Shown here: positions 16,264 through 25,806 of the stretch, one piece after another | How the letters are laid out: each line of letters starts with the position of its first letter | Position numbering within the stretch: position 1 is the first letter of the stretch | DNA from: an uncultured virus (IMG/VR IMGVR_UViG_3300010051_000002) | Lineage: Duplodnaviria; Heunggongvirae; Uroviricota; Caudoviricetes | Strand: one strand, 5' to 3' | Virus record (IMG/VR): IMGVR_UViG_3300010051_000002 | Location: 62,001 to 90,406 of that record | Length of the DNA stretch: 28,406 nucleotides | Notes under the pieces: model-generated | The model's database searches: none | What the model was told of the DNA's origin: nothing | Seen by the model: the letters and a program-made list of their open reading frames with translations, nothing else | Made by a program: the position numbers and the translations under genes

Positions 16264-16631
16264 TTTAATAGTTGTGGTCCTTTTCCTGTTGGCGTAGGAC
16301 TAACAAAAGTATAACCCCAATCTTCTAACGTACCACTTAGAATACCACTGTTCATTGCGGTACATGATATTTCTGTTAAAACGTTAGGTTTTTCAAATTG
16401 TTGTAAACATTTAGCATTTAACCAGTCAAATGCAAAATCTATTTGCCACTGTTCTAGGTTCGGATGATAAGTATAAAGAGTATCAAAAACTTCTTTGTAA
16501 TCTTTGTTGGATTCTAATATTGCTGGTAATTCTGGTTGCTGTCCATATACATTATTAATAACAAACATTGATGTTGTGATTATTATACCAATAAATAAAA
16601 GGTGATCTAGATTCATTAAAGATTCATACAT
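16260..16631 (-). CDS. Putative secreted protein
   Basis: Hydrophobic N-terminal segment ending NNVYG-Q (signal peptidase-like site); two Cys. Confidence 0.7.
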   Translation of the reverse strand: MYESLMNLDHLLFIGIIITTSMFVINNVYGQQPELPAILESNKDYKEVFDTLYTYHPNLEQWQIDFAFDWLNAKCLQQFEKPNVLTEISCTAMNSGILSGTLEDWGYTFVSPTPTGKGPQLLN

Positions 16632-16885
16632 CCTTCATATTCAGTTGCGTTGGTCAAGGTTTTACAAATATCTTTTTTGACCGTTTCAATATAATTATCT
16701 ATCATGAATCCTTCAGTTGCGTTTGCTGCATTATTTGTTAGGGCTACTGTATAATCATATGATGCTGGGATCTCAGCTCCCCAAACTACCCCCAATGCGA
16801 ACCCCATTATAATACCACAGCAAAGTACTATTATCAGTATTGCTGTTGTTGTGCTTATTCCTTTTTCTGTATGCTGTACGTTCAT
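16616..16885 (-). CDS. Small surface protein with class III (pilin/archaellin-type) signal peptide
   Basis: MNVQHTEKG/ISTTTAILIIVL... matches [KR][GA]/[ILM]S plus a hydrophobic helix; two N-A-T sequons. Confidence 0.55.
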   Translation of the reverse strand: MNVQHTEKGISTTTAILIIVLCCGIIMGFALGVVWGAEIPASYDYTVALTNNAANATEGFMIDNYIETVKKDICKTLTNATEYEGCMNL

Positions 16886-16954
16886 TTTTCTTATCAGTAA
16901 TTAGTTTGATCTTGTATTTTAATGCTGCTATCAAAATTTAAGGTAGAATGTTTG

Positions 16955-17341
16955 TTAGAAAAGTTTTTTGTTTGAATTGTATTTTTTAATATCTGTTAAA
17001 AGTCTGTTCAATGATTTTATGATGGGATTCTTTGGGTTTATTCGATATTCCTTAACATGGTTTGCCCTTTTCTTATCACCACCAGTTAATCTTTCCTTGA
17101 TAAAACCATACTCGGAATTTGCAAGTTTAGGCAAATATCTTTCAAGGGTTGAAATCTTGATATTGCTATTTTCTGCTATTTCTTCCCTAGTATAATATAC
17201 ATCATTGTTTACGTAATTTTTCATAAGAAAGAGAATTATCTTTAGGGCAGTGTCGTTATACCATACTTTATCTAAATCATCACATTTATCAATCGATTGT
17301 AAGATTGGTGGTTTAACCCTTGTAATTTCTCTTGTATTCAT
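16955..17341 (-). CDS. Winged-helix (ArsR/TrmB-like) transcriptional regulator
   Basis: YTREEIAENSNIKISTLERYLPKL...GFIKE...YRINPKNPIIKSL. Confidence 0.8.
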   Translation of the reverse strand: MNTREITRVKPPILQSIDKCDDLDKVWYNDTALKIILFLMKNYVNNDVYYTREEIAENSNIKISTLERYLPKLANSEYGFIKERLTGGDKKRANHVKEYRINPKNPIIKSLNRLLTDIKKYNSNKKLF

Positions 17342-17440
17342 CTATATACAATAAAGCCTATACCTGCACTATTTAAATTTACGTGAAAATAAGATTAAAT
17401 AAAGTTTAAATTCTGCAAAATATAAGGAAATCAAAGAAAA

Positions 17441-17731
17441 ATGAAAACGAAAGATCTGGATCTAGAGTACGAGTTTGATATGAATGATGTGATGGTGGCG
17501 TGTTTAACACTGACTGCTGCATTTTTATTTTTATGGTGGGGGTTGTATATAGTCAAGGGTGTATTTTCCCCTGCTATGGGAATACCGTTCATCCTTATTT
17601 TGGTATTTTACGTATTGCTGGATGAACATAACGATCAGACAAAAGCAAGAAATGATATTAGAATTGCTGAAAGTTTGCAAGCAAATGACTACATACAACT
17701 GACACATAAAACCGCAATAAAATATGTGTAG
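17441..17731 (+). CDS. 2-TM membrane protein
   Basis: Two hydrophobic helices; first gene of the replication operon. Confidence 0.7.
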   Translation: MKTKDLDLEYEFDMNDVMVACLTLTAAFLFLWWGLYIVKGVFSPAMGIPFILILVFYVLLDEHNDQTKARNDIRIAESLQANDYIQLTHKTAIKYV

Positions 17732-17734
17732 CTT

Positions 17735-18907
17735 ATGACCGTACCGTTATCAATTCAACAGTACCCTTTTGTGAATGATTCAAAAGCGGTATTATCTAAA
17801 CTCAATATTACCTTTGAGAAGATAGACACATCAAATGTATTTGATGAAATTCTCAATGAATCATTTAATGATATTATAGATGCAACTACAAGAAAAAAAC
17901 TAGAAGTTAAATCTGTTATAAAAGACATTGAAAACTCAAGCTTTGAACGTGAGGTAGCAAAATTTTATTTAAGCTTGATGATAATCAAACCTTCAACAAT
18001 CCTTACAAGGATGTTCATCAGATATTATGTAAACAAATTTCAGATTATTGTTAACTATTATACAAATAGAATTGCAGGTGGTGATATTATCATTATACCA
18101 TATTATCTACTTTTGTTTAAGGAATTTGGTATAATCTGGAAGGTTGTAAAAATAACTGATGATTATTTTATTAAAACAACCATTGACAATTATCTTGATT
18201 TTGAAACACTAATAGGCAATAACGATCCACCTGAATACCAGATTTTAAAACTGGTAAACTGTACCGTATCAGCAGGTTATGTTTACTTTAGCATAAAGGA
18301 TCAGTTTGATTTTCAAAGGATGCTAAACAAACTTTTAGAAGAAAGGATCAGAAATTTGGTAAATAATATTGAAGAAAATATTGAATGTACCAAGATAGAC
18401 AAATGCAGAAATCATTTAAACAAATACATGAAAGACAAGGAAGGTTTATCATATCATCCTAATCCCCAAAAGTTAGAATATGGTGAAATAACCAATTCCG
18501 ATTTATTACGTAATGAAGATATTATAAAAACATTCAAAGAATTTTTGAAGGATGAAAGGTATATTTCAATACTTGAGTTTCAGATACCACCATGTATTAC
18601 TGCAATATTAGAACAGATAAGGGTAAAGCAAGAGCTTATACACACACAAAACATACTACTGGCTACATATCTAGGAGCAAAAGGATTTACATTTGAGCAG
18701 ATAACTGAGGTGTTTAAAAGCACAGTAAACTACAATGAACGGGTTGCAAGTTATAATATCAAATACGTTTTGAATAAGAAATTAAAACCGCAGAATTGCA
18801 GAAATCTGGTAGTTGAAAATCTTTGCAATAAACAAAATGATAAAACAAATCAATGCGAGCATCTTAAAAACCCTTTAGTATTCAAAGGAATGATAAATAA
18901 GAAATGA
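17735..18907 (+). CDS. priL: Archaeal-type DNA primase large subunit (PriL) with C-terminal Fe-S domain
   Basis: N-terminal YPF; IPPCI...LIH...LLATYL; PQNC...LC...C..LKNPL (four Cys of the [4Fe-4S] domain). Confidence 0.85.
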   Translation: MTVPLSIQQYPFVNDSKAVLSKLNITFEKIDTSNVFDEILNESFNDIIDATTRKKLEVKSVIKDIENSSFEREVAKFYLSLMIIKPSTILTRMFIRYYVNKFQIIVNYYTNRIAGGDIIIIPYYLLLFKEFGIIWKVVKITDDYFIKTTIDNYLDFETLIGNNDPPEYQILKLVNCTVSAGYVYFSIKDQFDFQRMLNKLLEERIRNLVNNIEENIECTKIDKCRNHLNKYMKDKEGLSYHPNPQKLEYGEITNSDLLRNEDIIKTFKEFLKDERYISILEFQIPPCITAILEQIRVKQELIHTQNILLATYLGAKGFTFEQITEVFKSTVNYNERVASYNIKYVLNKKLKPQNCRNLVVENLCNKQNDKTNQCEHLKNPLVFKGMINKK

Positions 18908-19227
18908 AAAACGGAGTATATGATTACGTATCAATTACATGTTCTACAAATACTCATGTAGGCTGTTTTCATACAGATAATAATAACAGTGGATGGTGTT
19001 CATGTGATTGTCATGATGAAGAATGTACCTGTAATGTTCATTATTTTAGTAGGGGTAATAAAAAGAAAAAAGAAGATGAAGAAAAAATAAAAATTCTTAT
19101 TGGTAAAATAAACTTGTTGCTTGATTCATGCAGGGGTATACCAAACACTCCTGTTGAGGTTAGGGAAAAAATTATAACCGCACAGAATTTTATACCGATA
19201 TTAAAGGAGTTGCTTAAAATTGAATAA
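18904..19227 (+). CDS. Cys/His-rich N-terminal metal-binding protein
   Basis: CSTNTHVGC...CSCDCH..CTCNVH. Confidence 0.7.
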   Translation: MKNGVYDYVSITCSTNTHVGCFHTDNNNSGWCSCDCHDEECTCNVHYFSRGNKKKKEDEEKIKILIGKINLLLDSCRGIPNTPVEVREKIITAQNFIPILKELLKIE

Positions 19228-19630
19228 GGTTGAGATCGTTCAAGAATTTGTAGGTATACTTTCATTAATTAGGGAATTATCAGACAGGTACAGTAAAAAA
19301 CAGGTTATCTTGTCAGCAAATATTGATCAAGCAGATAAATTAGAACAGCAATTAGATATGCTTTCAGAAAGTGGTTTTGTAACAACAATTGATAGAAAAG
19401 CCAAGAATATTTTCAATATAGGATTAAACAATAATGTTCTAGTCTTTTATCAAAACCATTATGATAAAATACAATACATATTTGATACTGATTTAGAAAA
19501 TATTGATCTAAATAAACCAGAGCATAAAACACGATTGGACCAATGTATGAGATATATCAGAAGAATGTTTTGGGCTACGGAACAATCTAACCATTGTGAA
19601 AATTGTTGCATGTATGATGGGGATGAATGA
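19220..19630 (+). CDS. Hypothetical protein
   Basis: Coupled ORF with C-terminal HCENCC. Confidence 0.7.
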   Translation: MNKVEIVQEFVGILSLIRELSDRYSKKQVILSANIDQADKLEQQLDMLSESGFVTTIDRKAKNIFNIGLNNNVLVFYQNHYDKIQYIFDTDLENIDLNKPEHKTRLDQCMRYIRRMFWATEQSNHCENCCMYDGDE

Positions 19631-20000
19631 TCAAATGCCATTTTCACCAAAAGATTATGATGAACTGCTAGATTATTTTTCAGAAGAAGAAAGGCTTGAT
19701 TATGTTCGTTTAACTATGCAGGTAGCAAATGGACATATAACAGAAGAATTCTTTAACGCAAAACATGATGAACTGTTTCAAAAGGTAGCAAAAAGAAAGG
19801 AAGAATTGGACAGGTATAATGCAATAAAACGAACTGATAAAGATGAAATATCTATGAAACTATACGGTGGTGTACATTCTGATTACGGGATTAAAAAGAA
19901 ACTAGATAAAATTAATGGTAGTAGTTTTATTGATAGGTACAAGCGTAAGATGCAAAAGAAAGAAGATACAAGACAAGTATCAACCTTTTATGATGTATAA
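19623..20000 (+). CDS. Hypothetical protein translationally coupled to polB
   Basis: Likely ATG 19623; TAATG overlap with polB; PIP-like tail TRQVSTFY. Confidence 0.7.
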   Translation: MNDQMPFSPKDYDELLDYFSEEERLDYVRLTMQVANGHITEEFFNAKHDELFQKVAKRKEELDRYNAIKRTDKDEISMKLYGGVHSDYGIKKKLDKINGSSFIDRYKRKMQKKEDTRQVSTFYDV

Positions 20001-22633
20001 TGATAGACAACAATCTTAATCTTGAAGGTAAAGAATTATGCCTTCTCAATGTATATTTTGAACCAAACAATCATAATATTTTTCTCAAACTATACGATAT
20101 TGAGAAGAAGAAATTATACAATATAAAAGATGCTTCAATGTTTAAAGGATTTTTTTATATCAAAAAAGAAGATATTAACAATGCTGATTTACAGAAATTT
20201 TTATCAGAACATAATGAATTTGAAGTTACATTAGAAACAAAATATGATGGTATAACAAATAAACCAGTTGAAGTATATAAATTTGAAAGTTACAATACTT
20301 TTAACTGTTATAAAAAATGGACCGAAGAATTAAAGATTCCAAACCAGTATGAGTATCTTATAAAACTCTATGAAAGTTTCTATCTTTCTAATCAACTGGT
20401 ACCGTGTGCAATTTATGAAGTTAAAAATGGCAAGTTAGAGTTTAAACGATTTCCGTTAAACGAGGTGGCAGTTCATACGCTTACAAAAATGATTCAAGAT
20501 AACAACACTGGTAATAAAATCTACAATGAATATCTAACAGAATATACCGAGCTTTTGAGTCAACCGGTACCTTTTATCAGAAGGGTAGCACTAGACATTG
20601 AAGCATACAGTAGTGATAATAGGGTACCAGATCCAGCAAATCCTAAAGATCCCATCATATGCTGTTCATTTTATGATAACGAAGGTGGTAAGGTGGTTGT
20701 AATGTCAAAAGAACATTTAACTCCTGTACAGTTAGCACAGGTAAATGATTCTGAGTATATCATACATGATTACATGCTTTTAGTAAATACCGAAGTGGAA
20801 TTAATTCAGTATATCTTTAAAATGATAAAAGAATACCCTATGGTTATTACCTTTGTAGGTGATAGTTTCGATCTTGCTTACATTTCAGAACGAGCAATTA
20901 AACTTGGTATGGTAGATCCGTTTAATACTCCTATTCGATTCACCCAAGATAATCTAACAAAGAAGGGAAACAAAGATCCTGTTTTTATTAAACATTCAAT
21001 TCATATTGACTTGTTTCCACTTTTTAAAAATAAAAGCTTGCATGGTTACGGATTTAACAATAAATATACTCAATTCGGATTGGATCATATATCAAAAGCA
21101 CTGATAGGTGAAGGCAAAATTGAACATGATGTTCCATTAAATGAACTATCAATTAATGACCTAGCTAGGTACTGCCTGCGTGATTCAGAACTTACTTTAA
21201 AATTAACAACATATTCTGATGAACTTGTAATGAAATTGCTTTTTACCATAGCACGAATTACCAAAGCAAGTATTGAAGATATAGCACGCTATGGTATGAC
21301 AAGCTGGGCTAGATCGATGCTTTATTTTGAACACAGGCGTTGGGGTATGTTAATACCTACAAAGGATGAAATCAGAACTGGTAAGGGTGAAGGCAGTACT
21401 CAGGCAATTATTAAAGATAAGAAATTTCAAGGTGCATATGTATTAGAACCAAAGATCGGTACCTTCTTTAATGTTACAACAATGGACTATGCCAGTCTGT
21501 ACCCATCTATCATTAAAAGATATAATATAAGCTATGAAACAATAAACTGCAATCATCCAAAATGCAAAGAGAAAAATCAAATTCCACAAACCACACATCA
21601 TTACTGTACAAAACGAACTGGATTAACTTCATTGATAATTGGCGTAATGAGGGATCTCAGGGTAAACTACTTCAAAAGATTATCAAAAGATAAAAATCTA
21701 ACCGAAGATCAACGTGATTTGTATGATTCGATCACTCAAGCAAGTAAGGTTATTCTTAACGGTAGCTACGGTGTTGTGGGTAGTGACTATTTCAATCTTT
21801 ATTGCATACCTGTGGCTGAAAGTGTTACTGCATTAGGCAGAAATATTATTATGAAAACAAAAGAATATGCAGAACAAAAGTTAGGTTTACAAGTTTTATA
21901 CGGTGATACCGATTCTATTTTTATATATAATCCAACTCAGGACCAGATAAACAATTTAATAAATTTCTCAAAAGGACAGTTTGATATAGATTTAGAGGTA
22001 GATAAGGAATACAAACTTATTATTTTTTCAAATAGAAAGAAAAATTATTTTGGAATTCATAAAGATAACAAGATAGAAACAAAAGGATTAACAGGAAAGA
22101 AAAGCAACGTACCTGATTATATCAAAAAGTGTTTTAATGAGGTAACCCAATTGCTTGTAAACGTAGATGATAATGAAAAGTTAGAGGTAGCAAAAAAGGA
22201 AATCAAAGATCTGATTCAAAATTACGTAACTGATTTGAGAAATTATAAGGTAGATTTAAAAGAATTAACATTTCAAAATAAACTAACCCAAGATGTAGAT
22301 AGTTACGGTGAAGTAACATCTATGAATACGGATCTATTTGGACAGAAGCAAGTAACGAAAAAAGGCGTACCAATTCATGTAAAAATAGCCGAACAAATAC
22401 AGAAAAAAACAGGCGAAAAGATAGAAGAAAAAACTTTCATTCAATACATAAAGACGGTTAAGGGAGCAAAATTAGCGAGTGAGTGCAAAAGAAGCGATAT
22501 AGATATACCCAAATACATAGACACAATGAAAACAGCTCTAGATCCCATCTTGGAAGTACTTGGTATGGATTTCAGTCAGATAGCAGATAACACAAAGAAA
22601 CAAACAAGTTTAGATAGTTTATTTTTTAAATAA
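20000..22633 (+). CDS. polB: Family B DNA polymerase, archaeal PolB1-like, with 3'-5' exonuclease
   Basis: ExoI ALDIE, ExoII GDSFDLAY, ExoIII YCLRD; DYASLYPSII, KVILNGSYG, YGDTDS, KKNY, KGLTGKK; C-terminal PIP-like QTSLDSLFF. Confidence 0.97.
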   Translation: MIDNNLNLEGKELCLLNVYFEPNNHNIFLKLYDIEKKKLYNIKDASMFKGFFYIKKEDINNADLQKFLSEHNEFEVTLETKYDGITNKPVEVYKFESYNTFNCYKKWTEELKIPNQYEYLIKLYESFYLSNQLVPCAIYEVKNGKLEFKRFPLNEVAVHTLTKMIQDNNTGNKIYNEYLTEYTELLSQPVPFIRRVALDIEAYSSDNRVPDPANPKDPIICCSFYDNEGGKVVVMSKEHLTPVQLAQVNDSEYIIHDYMLLVNTEVELIQYIFKMIKEYPMVITFVGDSFDLAYISERAIKLGMVDPFNTPIRFTQDNLTKKGNKDPVFIKHSIHIDLFPLFKNKSLHGYGFNNKYTQFGLDHISKALIGEGKIEHDVPLNELSINDLARYCLRDSELTLKLTTYSDELVMKLLFTIARITKASIEDIARYGMTSWARSMLYFEHRRWGMLIPTKDEIRTGKGEGSTQAIIKDKKFQGAYVLEPKIGTFFNVTTMDYASLYPSIIKRYNISYETINCNHPKCKEKNQIPQTTHHYCTKRTGLTSLIIGVMRDLRVNYFKRLSKDKNLTEDQRDLYDSITQASKVILNGSYGVVGSDYFNLYCIPVAESVTALGRNIIMKTKEYAEQKLGLQVLYGDTDSIFIYNPTQDQINNLINFSKGQFDIDLEVDKEYKLIIFSNRKKNYFGIHKDNKIETKGLTGKKSNVPDYIKKCFNEVTQLLVNVDDNEKLEVAKKEIKDLIQNYVTDLRNYKVDLKELTFQNKLTQDVDSYGEVTSMNTDLFGQKQVTKKGVPIHVKIAEQIQKKTGEKIEEKTFIQYIKTVKGAKLASECKRSDIDIPKYIDTMKTALDPILEVLGMDFSQIADNTKKQTSLDSLFFK

Positions 22634-22635
22634 AA

Positions 22636-23178
22636 ATGCTTTATTCTAATTTTACTGCTAATGATGTTTTTGTACCTAGTAGTTACTTTAGAAAGTATGA
22701 TAAAAATAATAAAAGATTATGCTCGTTAAAAGAATGTTTTAAACCTGTTAAAGATGGTAGATATATTACATGTTCTGATGAACATAGTAATGAATTCAAT
22801 CGCTGGTATTGTGATCATTTTCTTTGGTATAGTATTAAGATTATAATTTTAAAAAGAGATAATTATACATGTCAAATTTGTAAACAGGATTTTTCTCAAT
22901 ATTTAAATGAAAATAGTGTATGGTATGGTACTGTTGGTCAATTTGTCGAATTTGATCATATAATACCAAAGAGCAAAGCACTTGATTTACATTTAGTGGT
23001 AAAAAAGCCAATGGATCGATATTATATAATGTGGAATCAAATAATTGGAAATCATAATAATCTTAGAACATTATGTAAGGTTTGTCACCGTAAAGTAACA
23101 AATGAGTATATGAAAGAAGTTGGTAGGAAAAAAAGAATTAATAATTTAAGAAAAAAAGGACAAACATTTTTAGTGTAA
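22636..23178 (+). CDS. HNH endonuclease with N-terminal Zn finger
   Basis: ILKRDNYTCQIC...EFDHIIPKS...NNLRTLCKVCH. Confidence 0.9.
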   Translation: MLYSNFTANDVFVPSSYFRKYDKNNKRLCSLKECFKPVKDGRYITCSDEHSNEFNRWYCDHFLWYSIKIIILKRDNYTCQICKQDFSQYLNENSVWYGTVGQFVEFDHIIPKSKALDLHLVVKKPMDRYYIMWNQIIGNHNNLRTLCKVCHRKVTNEYMKEVGRKKRINNLRKKGQTFLV

Positions 23179-23179
23179 T

Positions 23180-23202
23180 TTTGCGAAGAAGATCTTCGCA
23201 AA
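23180..23202. repeat. 23-bp imperfect palindrome, copy 2 (TTTGCGAAGA-AGA-TCTTCGCAAA)
   Basis: Exact inverted copy of 5801-5823, at the boundary between the replication and head modules. Confidence 0.9.
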
Positions 23203-23234
23203 TTATATTAGTTATCTCTTTGCAGTTCTGTTGT

Positions 23235-24170
23235 ATGTCAGAACAAGTACAACCATTTCTTATCAACAATGAATACGGAACAGGGTATTTACCCGATCTC
23301 GGTGATTTCAGGGATTTTTCCCCTGAAATGATGCTAGCTCCACAACAAATTGAAGATCCAGCTGTAAAGGAAATTGCAGAAGCATTTACCAATCATGTAG
23401 ATATACCAGCAGTATCAGCAGAGGTATTACCATCTACATCAGATTTTGTTGATCTAATGCCACCTGTTAGGAATCAAGGTAGTATAGGAAGTTGTACCGC
23501 TTTTTCTGTTGATGGTATCGTATCATATTACAACAAAACAATGAGAGGTAGAACAGTACCAATTTCCACACTTTATACATATAAGAAATCTAGGGATCTG
23601 GACAAAGCAACAGGTGATGTTGGTAGTTATCTTAGAACTGCAATGAAAAGTTTAAAGATGTACGGATGGATTGAAGAAAAAAGATACCCCTATATAACTG
23701 CCAAATACGACAATGTAATACCACGTGATTTAATAGACTATGGAGTAGAAAACCAAGCGATAAGTTACGTCAGAATAGATTCAAAGAATCAACCGCTTAA
23801 TACTTTAGTCAATGAATTAAAGAAATACGTTATCAAAAAGATCCCGATCATGTTTGGTTTTTCTGTTTATTCATCTATTAATCAGGCAAATACCAATGGT
23901 GGTTTAATTCCATACCCAACAGCAGGTGAAAAACTAGAAGGTGGTCATGCAGTTGTAATATGCGGTTATGATGATAATGCTTTTATTATTAATAGAAACA
24001 GCAGCAATGCAACAGTTAAAGGTGGATTCATTATCAGGAACAGTTGGTCTAATAGATGGGGTAAAAATGGTTATGGAATCCTACCATACAAGTATGTTGA
24101 AAACCAACTTGCTATGGATTTCTGGTCATTACTTAATCTTGAATGGTTAGATTGGGCTGAATTCGACTAA
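23235..24170 (+). CDS. Papain-like cysteine peptidase (family C1A)
   Basis: NQGSIGSCTAF (Gln/Cys), GGHAVVICGY (His), IRNSW (Asn); true start likely ATG 23235. Confidence 0.93.
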   Translation: MSEQVQPFLINNEYGTGYLPDLGDFRDFSPEMMLAPQQIEDPAVKEIAEAFTNHVDIPAVSAEVLPSTSDFVDLMPPVRNQGSIGSCTAFSVDGIVSYYNKTMRGRTVPISTLYTYKKSRDLDKATGDVGSYLRTAMKSLKMYGWIEEKRYPYITAKYDNVIPRDLIDYGVENQAISYVRIDSKNQPLNTLVNELKKYVIKKIPIMFGFSVYSSINQANTNGGLIPYPTAGEKLEGGHAVVICGYDDNAFIINRNSSNATVKGGFIIRNSWSNRWGKNGYGILPYKYVENQLAMDFWSLLNLEWLDWAEFD

Positions 24171-24207
24171 TCTTAAATATGATTAGTCTATAGTTTTTTT
24201 TATTACA

Positions 24208-25677
24208 ATGTCTGCTGTTACTGAATTAGAATTAAAAAGGACTTCCCCTAGAATTTATTCAAATTCGTTATCATTTGAGCCACAAACATCAGAAAAACCA
24301 CCTAAAGCGTTTTTTAAATTATTCTTAATCAATAATAAGGTATCATTACCCACACATCCATATCTTATTGAATGGGGTACCACAAATCCAAAAACATTAC
24401 ATGAAGATGTTGATACTTTTATTGGCACATATTTAACAAAGAAAGATAAAGATGGTAATCATCCAAATCTAAGAGAAGCAGGAATATTTGAACACAATTA
24501 TTCTAATAAAGCAGAATATGTTAAGGATGCAATCGAGTTTTATAAAAAACATGCTGTTGCTAAAATTGTAGATATTTACAAACCTGATACTAGAATGTTG
24601 GAAGCAGCAGAAAAAGATCCTAACGTTCCGTTAGTCTATGAAGCAATGGCAGTAACAGAAGATCAGGACTTTATTGATGAATTAATAGCAAAACGAAAAA
24701 CTGGTGAAGATATTTATGTTTCACCTGGAGTTTTTGCACTTGATTCTTATAGTGCAGGGCAAAATAAATTAATAGTAAATCGTTTTATCGGTACACATTC
24801 TTCAATAGTAGATCATCCATCACATACAAAACCTGTTGCATTTGTAAAAAAAGAAATATGTAATAATGATCATAAAACCTGTTACTTCAAATTATTGACT
24901 GCTTCAGAGATGCTAAACTTAAATAATAACGATTCTCAAAATACCAATATGAGTACTAATACACAAGTTAGTGTTCCAAGTGCAAATATTGGAGCTCCCG
25001 ATCCAAGTGCTGTCAATGTTCACACTGAGGTTAAGAACGCAAAAGGTGAAACTACAGAAGTTATAGATCCAAACCCTACTAATAAGAATCAAACACAACA
25101 AAAACTAAAGCAAGAAGTTACTAATGAAAAGGAACAGGCAATTGAACAGGTAAAGAATGAGGTTGAAGAAGGAAAGAAGAAAGTAGAAAAGAAGGCTGAT
25201 GAAGAAGAAAAGAGTCTTGATAAAATGTCTAAATCTGAAATTATTGAAATGATGAATCAATGGAAAAAGGAAACTATACAAGATATTGAGAAACGAACAG
25301 AACAGAAATACAGGCAAACACGAAAGCATGAAATTTTGAATACTTATATACCAAGCACAAATGAAAGTTTAAAGACTGAATACGAATTCTATAAATCACT
25401 ACCAATTACCCCCGAACAACTACAAACAATACTTATCAATTCTAAGTATAATCCAGAAATTCAAAAGGCAATTGAAAGTGCAAAAACCATAAAACCATTC
25501 AGTAAACCAAATGATAAACCCGATAATATGCATACTGCTGGTGCAGTTAATCCTGCAATCACATCCCACAGGGTACATACTACAACCTATAATGATGCAA
25601 ATACAGGGTATGGTTCTGGTCAAACCAGTTTAAGACATCTTACTTCTGGTAAGAAAATACCCAAAAAATTCCTATAA
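24208..25677 (+). CDS. Putative prohead protease-scaffold fusion
   Basis: Globular N-domain with GNHP, YVSPG and HSSIVDHPS (HK97-type protease-like motifs), then a low-complexity linker and E/K coiled coil; lies upstream of decoration and MCP genes. Confidence 0.65.
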   Translation: MSAVTELELKRTSPRIYSNSLSFEPQTSEKPPKAFFKLFLINNKVSLPTHPYLIEWGTTNPKTLHEDVDTFIGTYLTKKDKDGNHPNLREAGIFEHNYSNKAEYVKDAIEFYKKHAVAKIVDIYKPDTRMLEAAEKDPNVPLVYEAMAVTEDQDFIDELIAKRKTGEDIYVSPGVFALDSYSAGQNKLIVNRFIGTHSSIVDHPSHTKPVAFVKKEICNNDHKTCYFKLLTASEMLNLNNNDSQNTNMSTNTQVSVPSANIGAPDPSAVNVHTEVKNAKGETTEVIDPNPTNKNQTQQKLKQEVTNEKEQAIEQVKNEVEEGKKKVEKKADEEEKSLDKMSKSEIIEMMNQWKKETIQDIEKRTEQKYRQTRKHEILNTYIPSTNESLKTEYEFYKSLPITPEQLQTILINSKYNPEIQKAIESAKTIKPFSKPNDKPDNMHTAGAVNPAITSHRVHTTTYNDANTGYGSGQTSLRHLTSGKKIPKKFL

Positions 25678-25806
25678 TTTTTTTTCTTTTCTCTTATTTT
25701 TACCACGCTTAAATTCCTCAATTTTTATATATTAAAACAAAACATTCATCCTTATGGTAAATAATTTCAAATTACCATTTACTAACAAAGGAGGACTTTG
25801 TTAAAT

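Noticed and set aside
20000..22633. Intein or intron in polB
   Set aside because: Normal length (877 aa), contiguous motifs, no intein splice motifs.
23181..23234. N-terminal extension or signal peptide of the C1A peptidase from the TTG start
   Set aside because: The TTG lies inside the 23-bp palindrome; ATG 23235 downstream of a TATA-like sequence is more plausible.
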